From contig JANQEP010000089.1 in assembly GCA_028278305.1 (NCBI GenBank), positions 1 through 52,178 of the forward strand: a stretch of DNA of 52,178 nucleotides, read 5' to 3'. How positions within the stretch are numbered: the stretch's first letter is position 1; every line of letters begins with the position of its first letter. The notes under the pieces were generated by a model. The model had not been told where the DNA came from, made no database searches, and saw only the letters and a list, made by a program, of their open reading frames with translations. Made by a program: the position numbers and the translations under genes. The stretch is from Candidatus Gastranaerophilales bacterium. Lineage in GTDB: Bacteria > Cyanobacteriota > Vampirovibrionia > Gastranaerophilales > UBA9971. Of the stretch, positions 8,267 through 17,942 are shown one piece after another.

Positions 8267-9688
8267 ATGCAAAAAAATTCTACAAAATCCGCAAAATTTT
8301 CTATATCTCTGATTAATTCTCTTATGGTTCAGCTTCGAAGTTTTTTCAAAAAAACAAAAAAGATTGATAATAATGAAAATCTTGAGAATAAAGAGGAATT
8401 AACCAAATATATTAATAAAATTTTTGAACAGCAGGAAAAAGAAAGAATTGTAAGATGGATTGTAAATAGTATAAGGGAAACTCTTGAGCTGGATAAAGTT
8501 CTCGAAACCATAGTTAAAGAAATCGGCACTCTGCTAAAAGTTGACAGGTGCTTAATAGCATTATTTGAAAAAGAAGATCAAAAATTTTATTTTCGCAGCG
8601 AATATAGAAAAGACGAAAACATTTTCTCTCTGATTAAACAAGAAAAATCTGTATGTCAAATACCTTTTAAATGGCAAAATTTTCTAATTAAAAAATTCAG
8701 TCCGGTCTTAATTAATAATTGCGAAAAAGATAATTTAGAACCGGAAGAAAAAAAGTATTTAAATGAAAATAATATTAATTCCCTGATAATCATTCCTATT
8801 GTACATAAAGAAGAGTTTCTCGGGATTCTTACGGCACATCAGGTTGAATACCCAAGAAAATGGGAGGAGGCTCATTTTGAAATTTTAAAAGATACGGGAA
8901 GCCAGATAGCAATAGCGATAAACCAGGCAATTCTGTATTCTAAAATACAGGAAACAGCCAGGATAAAGAGCGATTTTCTGGCAGGCATGTCACATGAGTT
9001 AAGAACTCCACTGAACGCGGTGATCGGGTTTTCTGAAATGCTTCTCAGCGAAAATTACGGACAGATCAATGAAAAGCAAAAAAAGTTCCTGAATAATATT
9101 TATGTAAGTGGTGAACATCTTTTAAGACTGGTAAATGACTTACTTGATCTCTCCAAGATAGAATCGGGAAATATGGAAATTAATTGTGAAAAATTCTATG
9201 TCCATACAGCTATAAAAGAAACAGTTTCCGTTCTTAACAGCCTGGCGGTCAAAAAGAACGTAACCATAGAAATGAATACTGATCCTGAATTATTTCTTAA
9301 TGCTGATTTAATAAAGTTTAAGCAAATAATGTATAACCTTCTCAGCAATGCGGTAAAATTTAGTCAGGAAAAAGGTAAAGTAGTTGTAAAAGCAGTCAGG
9401 GAAGGAGACAACATCAAAGTTGAAGTTCAGGATAATGGCATTGGAATTTCCCCCGGTGATAAAGACAAAGTATTTAAGAGCTTCAGGCAGCTTGATTCTT
9501 CCCTGGCAAGAAAACAGGAAGGAACAGGACTCGGACTTACACTTACAAAAAAGCTTATTGAACTTCATAAAGGCATGATTGATTTTGAATCCGAAAAAGG
9601 CACAGGTTCGACTTTCTGGTTTATCCTGCCTGATGTAAATCCGTATTTATCAAAAAATTCAGACTCGGATTATGCATATAACCCTTAA
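8267..9688 (+). CDS. cytoplasmic GAF-domain sensor histidine kinase (no adjacent response regulator)
   Basis: H-box MSHELRTPLNAV, N-box LLSNAVKFS, G1 DNGIGI, G2 GTGLGL. A GAF-like region lies upstream. GGAGA sits 5 nt before ATG 8267, which is preferred over TTG 8255. Confidence 0.85.
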   Translation: MQKNSTKSAKFSISLINSLMVQLRSFFKKTKKIDNNENLENKEELTKYINKIFEQQEKERIVRWIVNSIRETLELDKVLETIVKEIGTLLKVDRCLIALFEKEDQKFYFRSEYRKDENIFSLIKQEKSVCQIPFKWQNFLIKKFSPVLINNCEKDNLEPEEKKYLNENNINSLIIIPIVHKEEFLGILTAHQVEYPRKWEEAHFEILKDTGSQIAIAINQAILYSKIQETARIKSDFLAGMSHELRTPLNAVIGFSEMLLSENYGQINEKQKKFLNNIYVSGEHLLRLVNDLLDLSKIESGNMEINCEKFYVHTAIKETVSVLNSLAVKKNVTIEMNTDPELFLNADLIKFKQIMYNLLSNAVKFSQEKGKVVVKAVREGDNIKVEVQDNGIGISPGDKDKVFKSFRQLDSSLARKQEGTGLGLTLTKKLIELHKGMIDFESEKGTGSTFWFILPDVNPYLSKNSDSDYAYNP

Positions 9689-9692
9689 TTCG

Positions 9693-10988
9693 TTATTTTT
9701 GTAAGCTTTCAAAGACTTCTATAAATTCAGGAAAAGAAATATTTACCCATTGAAATTCGTTTATTTTAACGGGCTTAAGAGAAGCCAGCGCAGCAACATA
9801 GCCTGACATGGCAATTCTGTGGTCATGATAGGTTTCAAGTACGCAATTTCCTCTTAGCTGTGTTTTTCCGAATATTACAAACCCGTCATCAGCTTCTTCT
9901 ATATCAGCACCCAGTTTTTTCAGCTCCATACAAACGGCTTTAATCCGGTCTGATTCCTTATGTCTTAATTCTTCCGCCTCTTTTACAATTGTAGTGCCTT
10001 TTGCCTGGGTTGCCGCAATTGCAATTATCGGTAATTCATCGATAATCCTTGGAATCAGATCCCTGCCTATAGTAACTCCCTTAAGCTCAGCGTATTTTAC
10101 TTTTATATCACCGATTTCTTCGCTACACTCTTCTCTCTTATCTAAAATTGTAATATCAGCGCCCATGTCCCGCATTATATCAATGATTCCCGTTCTTGTG
10201 GGATTCAGCCCCACATCCCGGATTATGATTTCAGAATCAGGAATTATACTTGCGGCAACAATGAAAAAAGCAGCTGAGGAAATATCCCCCGGAATTGACA
10301 TAGGCTTTGGGCAAAGTTCTGATTTTCTGATTTTAACCCTGGTATCCTGCACCTCTATATCAGCTTCCATATAGCTTAAAAGTTTTTCTGTATGGTCTCT
10401 TGACTTGAAAGGCTCTCTTATAACAGTTTCTCCCTCAGCATTTAAACCTGCCAGTAAAATACATGACTTTACCTGTGCGCTGGCGACCTGCGAGTTATAG
10501 ACAATACCGTTCAATTTTGTGCCTTTTATGGAAATTGGGGCTTTTGTATCATCATATTCTGCTTTTATATCAGCACCCATCTGTTTTAAAGGAGTAATAA
10601 TCCTTGCCATAGGTCGTTTTTTTAGGCTTTCATCACCTGTAATTACTGAAGAAAAATTTGACCCGGCAAGTATTCCGGACATAAGCCTTATTGTCGTCCC
10701 GGAATTTCCGGCATAAAGAATTTCTTGAGGTTCTCTAAAGCCTTCTTTATTGCATATGGCAAGATTTCTTTCTGACTGAAAATTCACCTCTACCCCAAGC
10801 TGTTTCAGTACCGCTAAAGTGCTTTTACAGTCAGCGCCGCAAGAAAAATTACTGACAGTAATTTTTTCTTTTGTAATGGCGCTGAAAATAGCTGCTCTAT
10901 GAGAAATCGATTTATCGGCAGGAACTTTTATAATTCCTTTTAATGGTTTTTCCAGTGGAGTTACAAGTTTTTGATTACTAACATTCAT
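9693..10988 (-). CDS. aroA: 3-phosphoshikimate 1-carboxyvinyltransferase (EPSP synthase)
   Basis: Motifs KSISHRA, GNSGTTIRLM and DHRIAM, at the full length for the family (431 aa). Confidence 0.9.
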   Translation of the reverse strand: MNVSNQKLVTPLEKPLKGIIKVPADKSISHRAAIFSAITKEKITVSNFSCGADCKSTLAVLKQLGVEVNFQSERNLAICNKEGFREPQEILYAGNSGTTIRLMSGILAGSNFSSVITGDESLKKRPMARIITPLKQMGADIKAEYDDTKAPISIKGTKLNGIVYNSQVASAQVKSCILLAGLNAEGETVIREPFKSRDHTEKLLSYMEADIEVQDTRVKIRKSELCPKPMSIPGDISSAAFFIVAASIIPDSEIIIRDVGLNPTRTGIIDIMRDMGADITILDKREECSEEIGDIKVKYAELKGVTIGRDLIPRIIDELPIIAIAATQAKGTTIVKEAEELRHKESDRIKAVCMELKKLGADIEEADDGFVIFGKTQLRGNCVLETYHDHRIAMSGYVAALASLKPVKINEFQWVNISFPEFIEVFESLQK

Positions 10989-11375
10989 AATCAGAATTAT
11001 ACCTGATAACCTTATTTATGTAACGTTGAGAATAGGTTACATAAACAGAAGCGTTTTAATTTTTGTTTTCGTAACTCCCGCCCGGGTGTTTTAGGGAATT
11101 TTTAAAAATACAATTCGTGATTCGAGTTATTTATTTCAACTGTTAAGAAATATTAAAAAAAATAATGTAATTTACAAAAAAATGACAATTTTTATTAATT
11201 GATTGTTTTTATAAAAATATAGTGTGAGGAAAGAGAAAAATAAGCAGGTTTACTAATATTTATTAGTTTAAACCAGTGGAGTTTAAAACTTAATAAACTA
11301 AAAATCCCAAAATATATTGGGAAAGTAACAATCGAATTGTAAATTGTGAGGATATACGGAAAGAGGAGAAAGAGT

Positions 11376-12179
11376 ATGTTTATTTATTCATTTTTTAATG
11401 GTTGGAATTTTGGTTTTAACAATTTTTATTTTAACTGGAACGGGTTTTTCAAAAACAGGCTTGGCTTTAATCCGTGGGGATTCAGCTGGTTTTCACCATG
11501 GAATATACATCATCACGGTAATTACCAGAGAGGTTTTAACGGGGCTCATAACACCATGCACGGCAGTGTATTTTCTGATACTCAGATAGGCGGAAATTAT
11601 GCAGCTGTTAATAATATGTGGGGCAGTGCAGGCAATGACAATCAGACAGGCGGAAGCCATTGGTCAATAAATAATATTTACGGAAACCGTGGAGACGATA
11701 CCCAGGCCGGTGGACATCATTCTGTAAATAACATGCATGGCGGTACGGGCAATGATTATCAGGTTGGAGGAAATCATTCTACAAATAACATATATGGCGG
11801 TTTGGGTGATGATACCCAGATTGGAGGAAACGGAGCCGGAACCCAAAATGTATTTAATGGGAGGGCAGGAAATGATGTCCAAACCGGCGGCGGTGAGGGA
11901 ACCCAAAACATATTCAATCCGGGAACCGGTAATAATACCATAAAAACCCAGGGCGGAGAAAATCACATTAACCTTTCAAACAGGGGGAACAGCTACGGAA
12001 ATAACAACATAGACGCAACAGCAGGTAGAAGTACAATTGATTTAACCGATTACAGGGGTAATGAGACAAATCTTAAAGTAAATGAAGATGATACTATAAT
12101 GTTTAATCCGTCCAATACAGGAGGATTATCTAACGTAAAAGTTGAAGGTAACGCAAACTGGAAAGCAGTTTACGCATAA
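11376..12179 (+). CDS. RTX-like (GGxGxD-type) repeat protein with an aromatic/Asn-rich N-terminus
   Basis: About seven units with an ~18-19 aa period of the form Q.GG.H...NN(I/M).G..G(N/D)D. AGGAGA lies 6 nt upstream of ATG 11376, which is preferred over GTG 11346. A strong terminator follows. Confidence 0.6.
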   Translation: MFIYSFFNGWNFGFNNFYFNWNGFFKNRLGFNPWGFSWFSPWNIHHHGNYQRGFNGAHNTMHGSVFSDTQIGGNYAAVNNMWGSAGNDNQTGGSHWSINNIYGNRGDDTQAGGHHSVNNMHGGTGNDYQVGGNHSTNNIYGGLGDDTQIGGNGAGTQNVFNGRAGNDVQTGGGEGTQNIFNPGTGNNTIKTQGGENHINLSNRGNSYGNNNIDATAGRSTIDLTDYRGNETNLKVNEDDTIMFNPSNTGGLSNVKVEGNANWKAVYA

Positions 12180-12207
12180 TAAACCGATAAAACTTCAGAG
12201 CAATTTA

Positions 12208-12245
12208 TGAGGCTGTCCAGGCTTTCAGGACAGCCTCATTTTTAT
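12208..12245 (+). terminator. rho-independent terminator after the RTX-like gene
   Basis: 11-bp stem TGAGGCTGTCC / GGACAGCCTCA, a 9-nt loop, then TTTTT. Confidence 0.8.
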
Positions 12246-12313
12246 GTTTTTCATTATTTTTTTAGTATTATATGGATATAATTGAAAAAGCAGCAATAAT
12301 TTATTGAGAGGGA

Positions 12314-13525
12314 ATGATGAGAAAAAAAGTTGTTTTAGCGTATTCTGGCGGGCTTGACACCACGGTTATAATTCCCTGGATTAAAGAAAATTACGATTAT
12401 GACGTTATAGCTGTATGCGTTGATTTAGGGCAGGGTAAAGAAACCGAAGGATTGGAGCAAAGAGCACTTTCTACCGGAGCGGTTAAATACTATCTGCAAG
12501 ACGTTAAAGAGGAATTTATCAGGGATTATGTTTTTCCCACTCTTAAGGCTGGTGCAAAATATGAGAGAAAATACCTTCTGGGAACTTCTATAGCAAGACC
12601 GCTTATAGCTAAAAAGCTGGTTGAGGTAGCTAAAAAAGAAGGAGCAGTGGCGATATGTCACGGTGCAACCGGAAAAGGTAATGACCAGATAAGGTTTGAA
12701 CTTACCATAAAAGCACTCGCGCCTCATCTTGAAATCATTGCTCCCTGGAGATTATGGGATATTAAATCCCGGGAGGATGCCGTAAAATTTCTTGAAGACA
12801 GAGGTATAACACCTTCTGTAAAAAAGGATGACAGTTATTCAAGAGACAGAAACCTGTGGCATCTTAGTCATGAAGGTCTTGAACTGGAAGATCCCGGTCA
12901 GGAACCTGTTTATGATAAGCTGTTAAAACTTTCCAACACTCCTCAAACGGCTCCTGATAAACCTGAGTATGTTGAAATAGAATTTGAAAAGGGAAATCCG
13001 GTAAAAGTAAACGGTAGGGTATTGAGCCCGGCTTGTCTTGTGGCAGAATTAAACGAAATTGCAGGTAGAAACGGTGTGGGCATAGTTGATATTCTTGAAA
13101 ACCGTTTTGTTGGTATGAAATCCAGGGGTGTATATGAAACTCCCGGCGGAACAATCCTCTATGAGGCGCTTGAGCAGCTTGAACATATGTGTCTTGACCG
13201 GCAAACATTTGCTTTCAAAGAGATCGTCTCGGTTAAATTTGCAGAACTTGCCTACAGCGGGGAATGGGAAACTCCTCTAAGAGAAGCTTTATCTGCGTTT
13301 GTTGATAAAATCCATGAAATCACAACAGGAAAGGTAAAACTAAAGCTCTATAAAGGAAATATAATCCCGGCAGGCGCAACTTCTCTATATTCGCTATATA
13401 ACGAAAGTCTTGCAAGCTTTACAACAGGTGATTTATACAGTCATAAAGACGCTGAAGGGTTTATAAACCTGTTTGGCTTACCGCTAAAAGTCAGAGCTTT
13501 GATGAAAGAGTCACAACATCGGTGA
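12314..13525 (+). CDS. argG: argininosuccinate synthase
   Basis: AYSGGLDTT and [13 protein letters not shown] motifs; 403 aa. Confidence 0.95.
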   Translation: MMRKKVVLAYSGGLDTTVIIPWIKENYDYDVIAVCVDLGQGKETEGLEQRALSTGAVKYYLQDVKEEFIRDYVFPTLKAGAKYERKYLLGTSIARPLIAKKLVEVAKKEGAVAICHGATGKGNDQIRFELTIKALAPHLEIIAPWRLWDIKSREDAVKFLEDRGITPSVKKDDSYSRDRNLWHLSHEGLELEDPGQEPVYDKLLKLSNTPQTAPDKPEYVEIEFEKGNPVKVNGRVLSPACLVAELNEIAGRNGVGIVDILENRFVGMKSRGVYETPGGTILYEALEQLEHMCLDRQTFAFKEIVSVKFAELAYSGEWETPLREALSAFVDKIHEITTGKVKLKLYKGNIIPAGATSLYSLYNESLASFTTGDLYSHKDAEGFINLFGLPLKVRALMKESQHR

Positions 13526-13527
13526 TT

Positions 13528-13580
13528 TTAAGAATGTTAGAAAAATTTTAAAATGCGTAAGTTTTTATTCTTTACCCCTT
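13528..13580 (-). repeat. R1 dispersed palindromic repeat, inverted copy
   Basis: TTAAGAATGTTAGAAAAATTTTAAAATGCGTAAGTTTTTATTCTTTACCCCTT. It starts 3 nt after the argG stop. Confidence 0.8.
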
Positions 13581-13648
13581 AAAATAAATTTTTTACTTTT
13601 TTCTTTATTGGTTGTATCCTTTCTATAGGAGAAAAGGAGATTTTTTTT

Positions 13649-14569
13649 ATGAGCACCCAATATGTTTTTATGGATGGGAATTTTGTCCCTGAAGAAGAAG
13701 CTAAAATCAGCGTTAAAACACATGCTTTTCTCTACGGAAGCTCTATTTTTGAAGGAATCCGGGGTTACTGGAACAAAGAAGAAGAGCAAATATACATCTT
13801 CAGGATGAGGGAGCATTATGAAAGAATGCATAAAAATTCAAAAATAATGCATATGACACCTGAATATTCAGTTGATGAAATGTGCGATATTACAGTTGAG
13901 CTTATGAAAAAAAATAAACCCGAAAAAGATATTTATATAAGACCGACTGTGTATAAAAGCGAATGTGAAATTGGTCCTAAACTCACAGGTAAAGACTCTT
14001 TTCTTATATTTACCTGTTATATAGGGGATTATATTGATATTTCAAAAGGATTAAGCGTTTGTGTTTCCAACTGGAACAGGCTTGATGATAATACAATTCC
14101 TCCGAGGGGCAAAATTTCAGGGGCTTATGTAAATACCGGACTTATAAAGACAGATGCCCTGAAAGCAGGTTTTGACGATGCGCTGGTTCTTTCAAAAGAC
14201 GGATATATTACCGAAGGAAGCGCAATGAATGTCTACCTTATTGAAAACGGGCAACTCATTACATCAAGGACTACAGACAATATTCTTGTAGGTATTACAA
14301 GAAACACCATAAAGGAAATAGCAGAAAAAGAATTTGCAGTTAAAGTCCTGGAAAAAGCTATAAACAGAACAGAACTTTATATGGCTGATGAAGCATTTTT
14401 CTGCGGGACAGGCGCACAGGTAAGCCCTATTACCAGTATAGACCACAGGCTTATCGGGGATGGAAAACCAGGTCCTTTAACCAGGAAAATCCAGGATCTA
14501 TACTTTGATATAGTAAAAGGAAAAATAAAGAAGTACAAACACTGGTGTACACCGGTTTATGATAGTTGA
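13649..14569 (+). CDS. ilvE: branched-chain amino acid aminotransferase (class IV)
   Basis: Class IV aminotransferase pattern (FEGIRGY, EGSAMNVY, GITR) and a GGAGA RBS. Confidence 0.85.
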   Translation: MSTQYVFMDGNFVPEEEAKISVKTHAFLYGSSIFEGIRGYWNKEEEQIYIFRMREHYERMHKNSKIMHMTPEYSVDEMCDITVELMKKNKPEKDIYIRPTVYKSECEIGPKLTGKDSFLIFTCYIGDYIDISKGLSVCVSNWNRLDDNTIPPRGKISGAYVNTGLIKTDALKAGFDDALVLSKDGYITEGSAMNVYLIENGQLITSRTTDNILVGITRNTIKEIAEKEFAVKVLEKAINRTELYMADEAFFCGTGAQVSPITSIDHRLIGDGKPGPLTRKIQDLYFDIVKGKIKKYKHWCTPVYDS

Positions 14570-15293
14570 GTTTATAGGTTTTTGCATAATAAATTTTTTT
14601 AGGGCAGTCCAAAAAATAGTTAAAGGTGAAGTTAACCTGAAAAATACTCTGAACCAGGCTGCTATAATCGGCTATGACTCGCTTCCTATCTCTTTGACCA
14701 TATGCCTTGTTGCAGGGGCTGTACTTGCAATGCAGGTAGCGGAAAGTTTTATGCTCTCAGGGGCTGAGGCTTATGTTGGCGGGCTGGTTTCGGTTGCCCT
14801 GACAAGAGAGATGGCTCCAATTTTTGCAAGTCTTGCCATAGGGGCAAGAGCCGGTACCGCAATAACTGCAGAAATAAGTAATATGAGCATTACTGAGCAG
14901 ATAGATGCTCTTAAGGCGCTTAAAATTGATCCTATTGAATACCTGTTAGTCCCAAGACTGCTTGCAGCAGTTGTTGTAGTTCCTCTGGTGACTATTATTG
15001 CAGAATTAATAGGGATAGTAGGAGGAATGTTTGTTGCGAACACAACTGTAAAACTTCATCCTTATCTTTATATAAAATCAGTATGGCTGTATACAGACAC
15101 CTATGATATTCAGATAAGCCTTGTAAAAGCTGCAGTATTTGGACTTTTGACTGCTCTTATCTGCACATGCCACGGTTTAAGAACAAAAGGAGGAGCAAAA
15201 GAAATCGGGGTTTCAACAACAAGAGCTGCTATATGGACAGCTGTTGCAATTCTACTTTTTGACCTGCTTCTTAGCTGGATATTCTTTACATAG
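14559..15293 (+). CDS. mlaE: MlaE/Ttg2B-type ABC transporter permease (lipid transport family)
   Basis: The conserved stretch REMAPIFASLAIGARAGTAITAEISNMSITEQIDALKAL is typical of MlaE/TGD1. The start overlaps the ilvE stop by 11 bp. No mlaF or mlaD is adjacent. Confidence 0.75.
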   Translation: MIVEFIGFCIINFFRAVQKIVKGEVNLKNTLNQAAIIGYDSLPISLTICLVAGAVLAMQVAESFMLSGAEAYVGGLVSVALTREMAPIFASLAIGARAGTAITAEISNMSITEQIDALKALKIDPIEYLLVPRLLAAVVVVPLVTIIAELIGIVGGMFVANTTVKLHPYLYIKSVWLYTDTYDIQISLVKAAVFGLLTALICTCHGLRTKGGAKEIGVSTTRAAIWTAVAILLFDLLLSWIFFT

Positions 15294-15319
15294 AAAAATA
15301 TTTGGTAGTGATCAAATTT

Positions 15320-15341
15320 TAAGGAATTAACAAAAAGTTCT
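15320..15341 (+). repeat. 22-nt dispersed repeat TAAGGAATTAACAAAAARTTCT (copy 1)
   Basis: Matches 52051-52072 with one mismatch. GGTAGTG is nearby in both copies. Confidence 0.6.
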
Positions 15342-15351
15342 TACATAAAAT

Positions 15352-15375
15352 TTTTATAAGTGGCAACTTGAGTTT
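15352..15375 (+). repeat. R2 repeat half-site
   Basis: TTTATAAGTGGCAACTTGAGTTTA matches 4418-4440 except for one base. Confidence 0.65.
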
Positions 15376-16489
15376 ACTGATATAAAAATTTACCGTTTTC
15401 GTAAATCAGCTTATCATCAGCGTAAACACGAGAATTTTCCTTCATGTTTTTTATGATGTCCCAGTGAAGTCCTGATTTGTTTTTGCCGCCCGTTTCCGGA
15501 TAAGAAGATCCGAGCGCCAGGTGTATAGAACCGCCGATTTTCTCGTCAAAAAGAATGTTTCCGGTAACTTCTTGAATCATTTCGTTTGTACCAAAGGCAA
15601 CTTCGCCGAGAAAGCCGGAACCTTCATCCATGCCGATCATTTTTAATAGGAATTCTTCGCCTTTCTCTGCTGTTGCGCAGACAACTTTACCTTTTTCAAA
15701 TTTAAGATAAATTCCCCGGGATTCATTACCTCTATAGATTGCTGGAAAATCAAAATAAATCTCGCCTTCTGCTGAGTCTTCCACCGGGGAAGTGAATACT
15801 TCCCCATCCGGGAAATTGTTACCTCCGCAACAGTTTATCCATTTTCTTGCTTCTGTTGACAGGGTTAAGTCTGTTTTTTCCCCTGTTATGCGTAGTTTTT
15901 TTGTATGATTCAGCCGGTCAGCGAGTTTTTGCTGGTTCTGACCTATTTCCCGCCATTTTGCAACAGGGTCATCCAGGTGAAGATAGCAGGCTTTAAGCAG
16001 AAATTCCTCATAATCAAAAATCGACATTTTAGCTTCCTGGGCAAGGGCATTTGTCGGGAAATCGCATATAACCCAGCTTAATGAGCCTTCTGCTGCTCTT
16101 TGAAGCATTTTTGAACTTAGCTTCTCTGTCGCGGCAGACCGCTTTGCAAGTCTTTCAGGCATGATTTTTGCCAGGTTTTTAGTGTTATACGGCGCACCGA
16201 TTACAATAAATTTGTCTGCTTTCTCATATTCCAGCTCGGTGAAAGGGTCTATAAAACTTAATTGCTCATCGGTTGCGGTTTTGAAATATATTTCCTTTTG
16301 CCCTTCCATTCCCAGTTTTAATGAAGGATGAGCGCCTTTTTTCAAAACCTCCTTATATACGGCAAGTATAAGGGGTTTTGCCTGTATTTCCGAAGATATA
16401 ATTACCAGGTCGTCTTTTTTAACGTCTGTTGAGTATTCTACAAGAACTTTTGCATATTTTTGCCATAGATTATTCATATTTTTTTCCAC
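15374..16489 (-). CDS. M29-family aminopeptidase (AmpS/PepS-like)
   Basis: The N-terminus LWQKYAKVLVEYSTDVKKDD and the C-terminal GGSIHLALG...HWD motifs are typical of thermophilic metalloprotease family M29. Confidence 0.8.
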   Translation of the reverse strand: MEKNMNNLWQKYAKVLVEYSTDVKKDDLVIISSEIQAKPLILAVYKEVLKKGAHPSLKLGMEGQKEIYFKTATDEQLSFIDPFTELEYEKADKFIVIGAPYNTKNLAKIMPERLAKRSAATEKLSSKMLQRAAEGSLSWVICDFPTNALAQEAKMSIFDYEEFLLKACYLHLDDPVAKWREIGQNQQKLADRLNHTKKLRITGEKTDLTLSTEARKWINCCGGNNFPDGEVFTSPVEDSAEGEIYFDFPAIYRGNESRGIYLKFEKGKVVCATAEKGEEFLLKMIGMDEGSGFLGEVAFGTNEMIQEVTGNILFDEKIGGSIHLALGSSYPETGGKNKSGLHWDIIKNMKENSRVYADDKLIYENGKFLYQ

Positions 16490-16544
16490 AAAGTAATGTA
16501 CACGTTTATAACATTTAATTTAACATAAAATGATACTTTTGTAA

Positions 16545-17801
16545 TCATTTCTGGTCAAATGCTCTCAGCTCGGCAGAAAGTTTATGGGCATACAGACCTT
16601 CTATTGCGGCGAAGTTTGATGCAATTTGGCATAAACTTTTTTTTGCCGTGTTTTTAGAAATTTCCTGGTAAGTCTGGATTTTTACAAAATCAAATACACT
16701 TAAACCGCCTGAATATCTGGCAACTCCATTTGTAGGAAGTACGTGATTGGTTCCGCTACAGTAATCTCCGAATACTTCAGCCGAGTAATTCCCGATAAAC
16801 AATGAACCGTAGTTTTTATACCTGTCTATATCAGAACCGGCATTTTTATAGCAGATTTCAAGGTGCTCAGGCGCTTTTTTATTGGAAATTTCAACTGCCT
16901 GGTCAATATTTTCAATAAGAATTATAAAACTCTCAGCTATAGACTTGCCTGCAATATCAGCTGTTTTAAGCTCTTTGAGAAATTCATCGACTTTACATAC
17001 AACATCTTCCGCTAATTTTTCCGATGTTGTGACAAAATAAGCCCTGGCATCAGGATCATGCTCTGTCTGTGCAAGCATATCAGCCGCAATAAATTCCGCC
17101 CTGGCTGTTTCATCGGCAATAATCATAATTTCACTGGGACCTGCAAGAAAATCAATTCCGCAAACGCCGTATATTTCTTTTTTTGCGGCTGTTACGTATT
17201 TATTTCCCGGTCCTGTTATCTTGTCTACACAGGGCACTGATTCCGTACCGTAAGCCATAGCCGCCACAGCCTGGGCTCCTCCGATTCTAAAAATCCTGTC
17301 AGCCCCTGCCAGCTTACATGCAGCAATCGTTGTCTGATGAATCTTAGGGCTGCACACTATAATTTCCTCTACACCGGCGACTCTGGCGGGAATTACTGAC
17401 ATTATAGCCGAAGACGGCAGGGGATAATTACCTCCCGGCACATATGCGCCTACTCTTTGCAGCGGGATAATTTTATGTCCCAGGACTGTTTCTTCCATGG
17501 AAATTTCAACGTTTTTAAGGGATGAAAACTGTGCCTCGGCAAAGTTTTTTATGTTTCTTACAGCCTTTTGCATATAGTTTTTAATATCATCAGGAGTATT
17601 TAGCACGGCTTCATCTATTTCTTCGGCTGAAAGCTCGAGGTTTTGCAGCTCTCCATCGCCAAATTGCCTGCTGTATTTTCTGACAGCTTCATCACCGTGA
17701 ATTTTTACATAATTGACGATTTCAGAAACCGTCTCAATTACCGCAAATTCCTGATACTTATAAAAATCTTGACTTATGTCATTGTATTTAATAAATTTCA
17801 T
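16545..17801 (-). CDS. hisD: histidinol dehydrogenase
   Basis: QTEHDPDA and GDYCSGTNHVLPT motifs; 418 aa. Confidence 0.9.
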   Translation of the reverse strand: MKFIKYNDISQDFYKYQEFAVIETVSEIVNYVKIHGDEAVRKYSRQFGDGELQNLELSAEEIDEAVLNTPDDIKNYMQKAVRNIKNFAEAQFSSLKNVEISMEETVLGHKIIPLQRVGAYVPGGNYPLPSSAIMSVIPARVAGVEEIIVCSPKIHQTTIAACKLAGADRIFRIGGAQAVAAMAYGTESVPCVDKITGPGNKYVTAAKKEIYGVCGIDFLAGPSEIMIIADETARAEFIAADMLAQTEHDPDARAYFVTTSEKLAEDVVCKVDEFLKELKTADIAGKSIAESFIILIENIDQAVEISNKKAPEHLEICYKNAGSDIDRYKNYGSLFIGNYSAEVFGDYCSGTNHVLPTNGVARYSGGLSVFDFVKIQTYQEISKNTAKKSLCQIASNFAAIEGLYAHKLSAELRAFDQK

Positions 17802-17846
17802 TTTATTTTTTAAATTTACTTCAGAGCTATTATAATACCAACAAAT

Positions 17847-17880
17847 AAAAAACTCATTTGCTTAAGCAAATGAGTTTTTT
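17847..17880 (-). terminator. bidirectional hairpin terminator between the SLH gene and hisD
   Basis: AAAAAACTCATTTGC-TTAA-GCAAATGAGTTTTTT. The 11-bp stem is flanked by an A-run and a T-run. Confidence 0.75.
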
Positions 17881-17942
17881 ACGTTATTAACTATTACATT
17901 AATTTACAGGCAGAGTGAATAATTCAATCTGCGCTAAAATAA

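Noticed and set aside
11008-11045. Hairpin TTTATGTAAC-N11-GTTACATAAA just upstream of the aroA start, as a possible attenuator or operator
   Set aside because: It is an AT-only 10-bp stem in AT-rich DNA, with an overlapping alternative pairing and no second copy or associated leader peptide. The evidence is insufficient.
13565-13831. Minus-strand 88-aa ORF ending in LRGKE
   Set aside because: Its C-terminus is simply the R1 repeat read through, giving the same GKE-stop as in the RND gene. The ORF also overlaps the well-supported ilvE start on the other strand.
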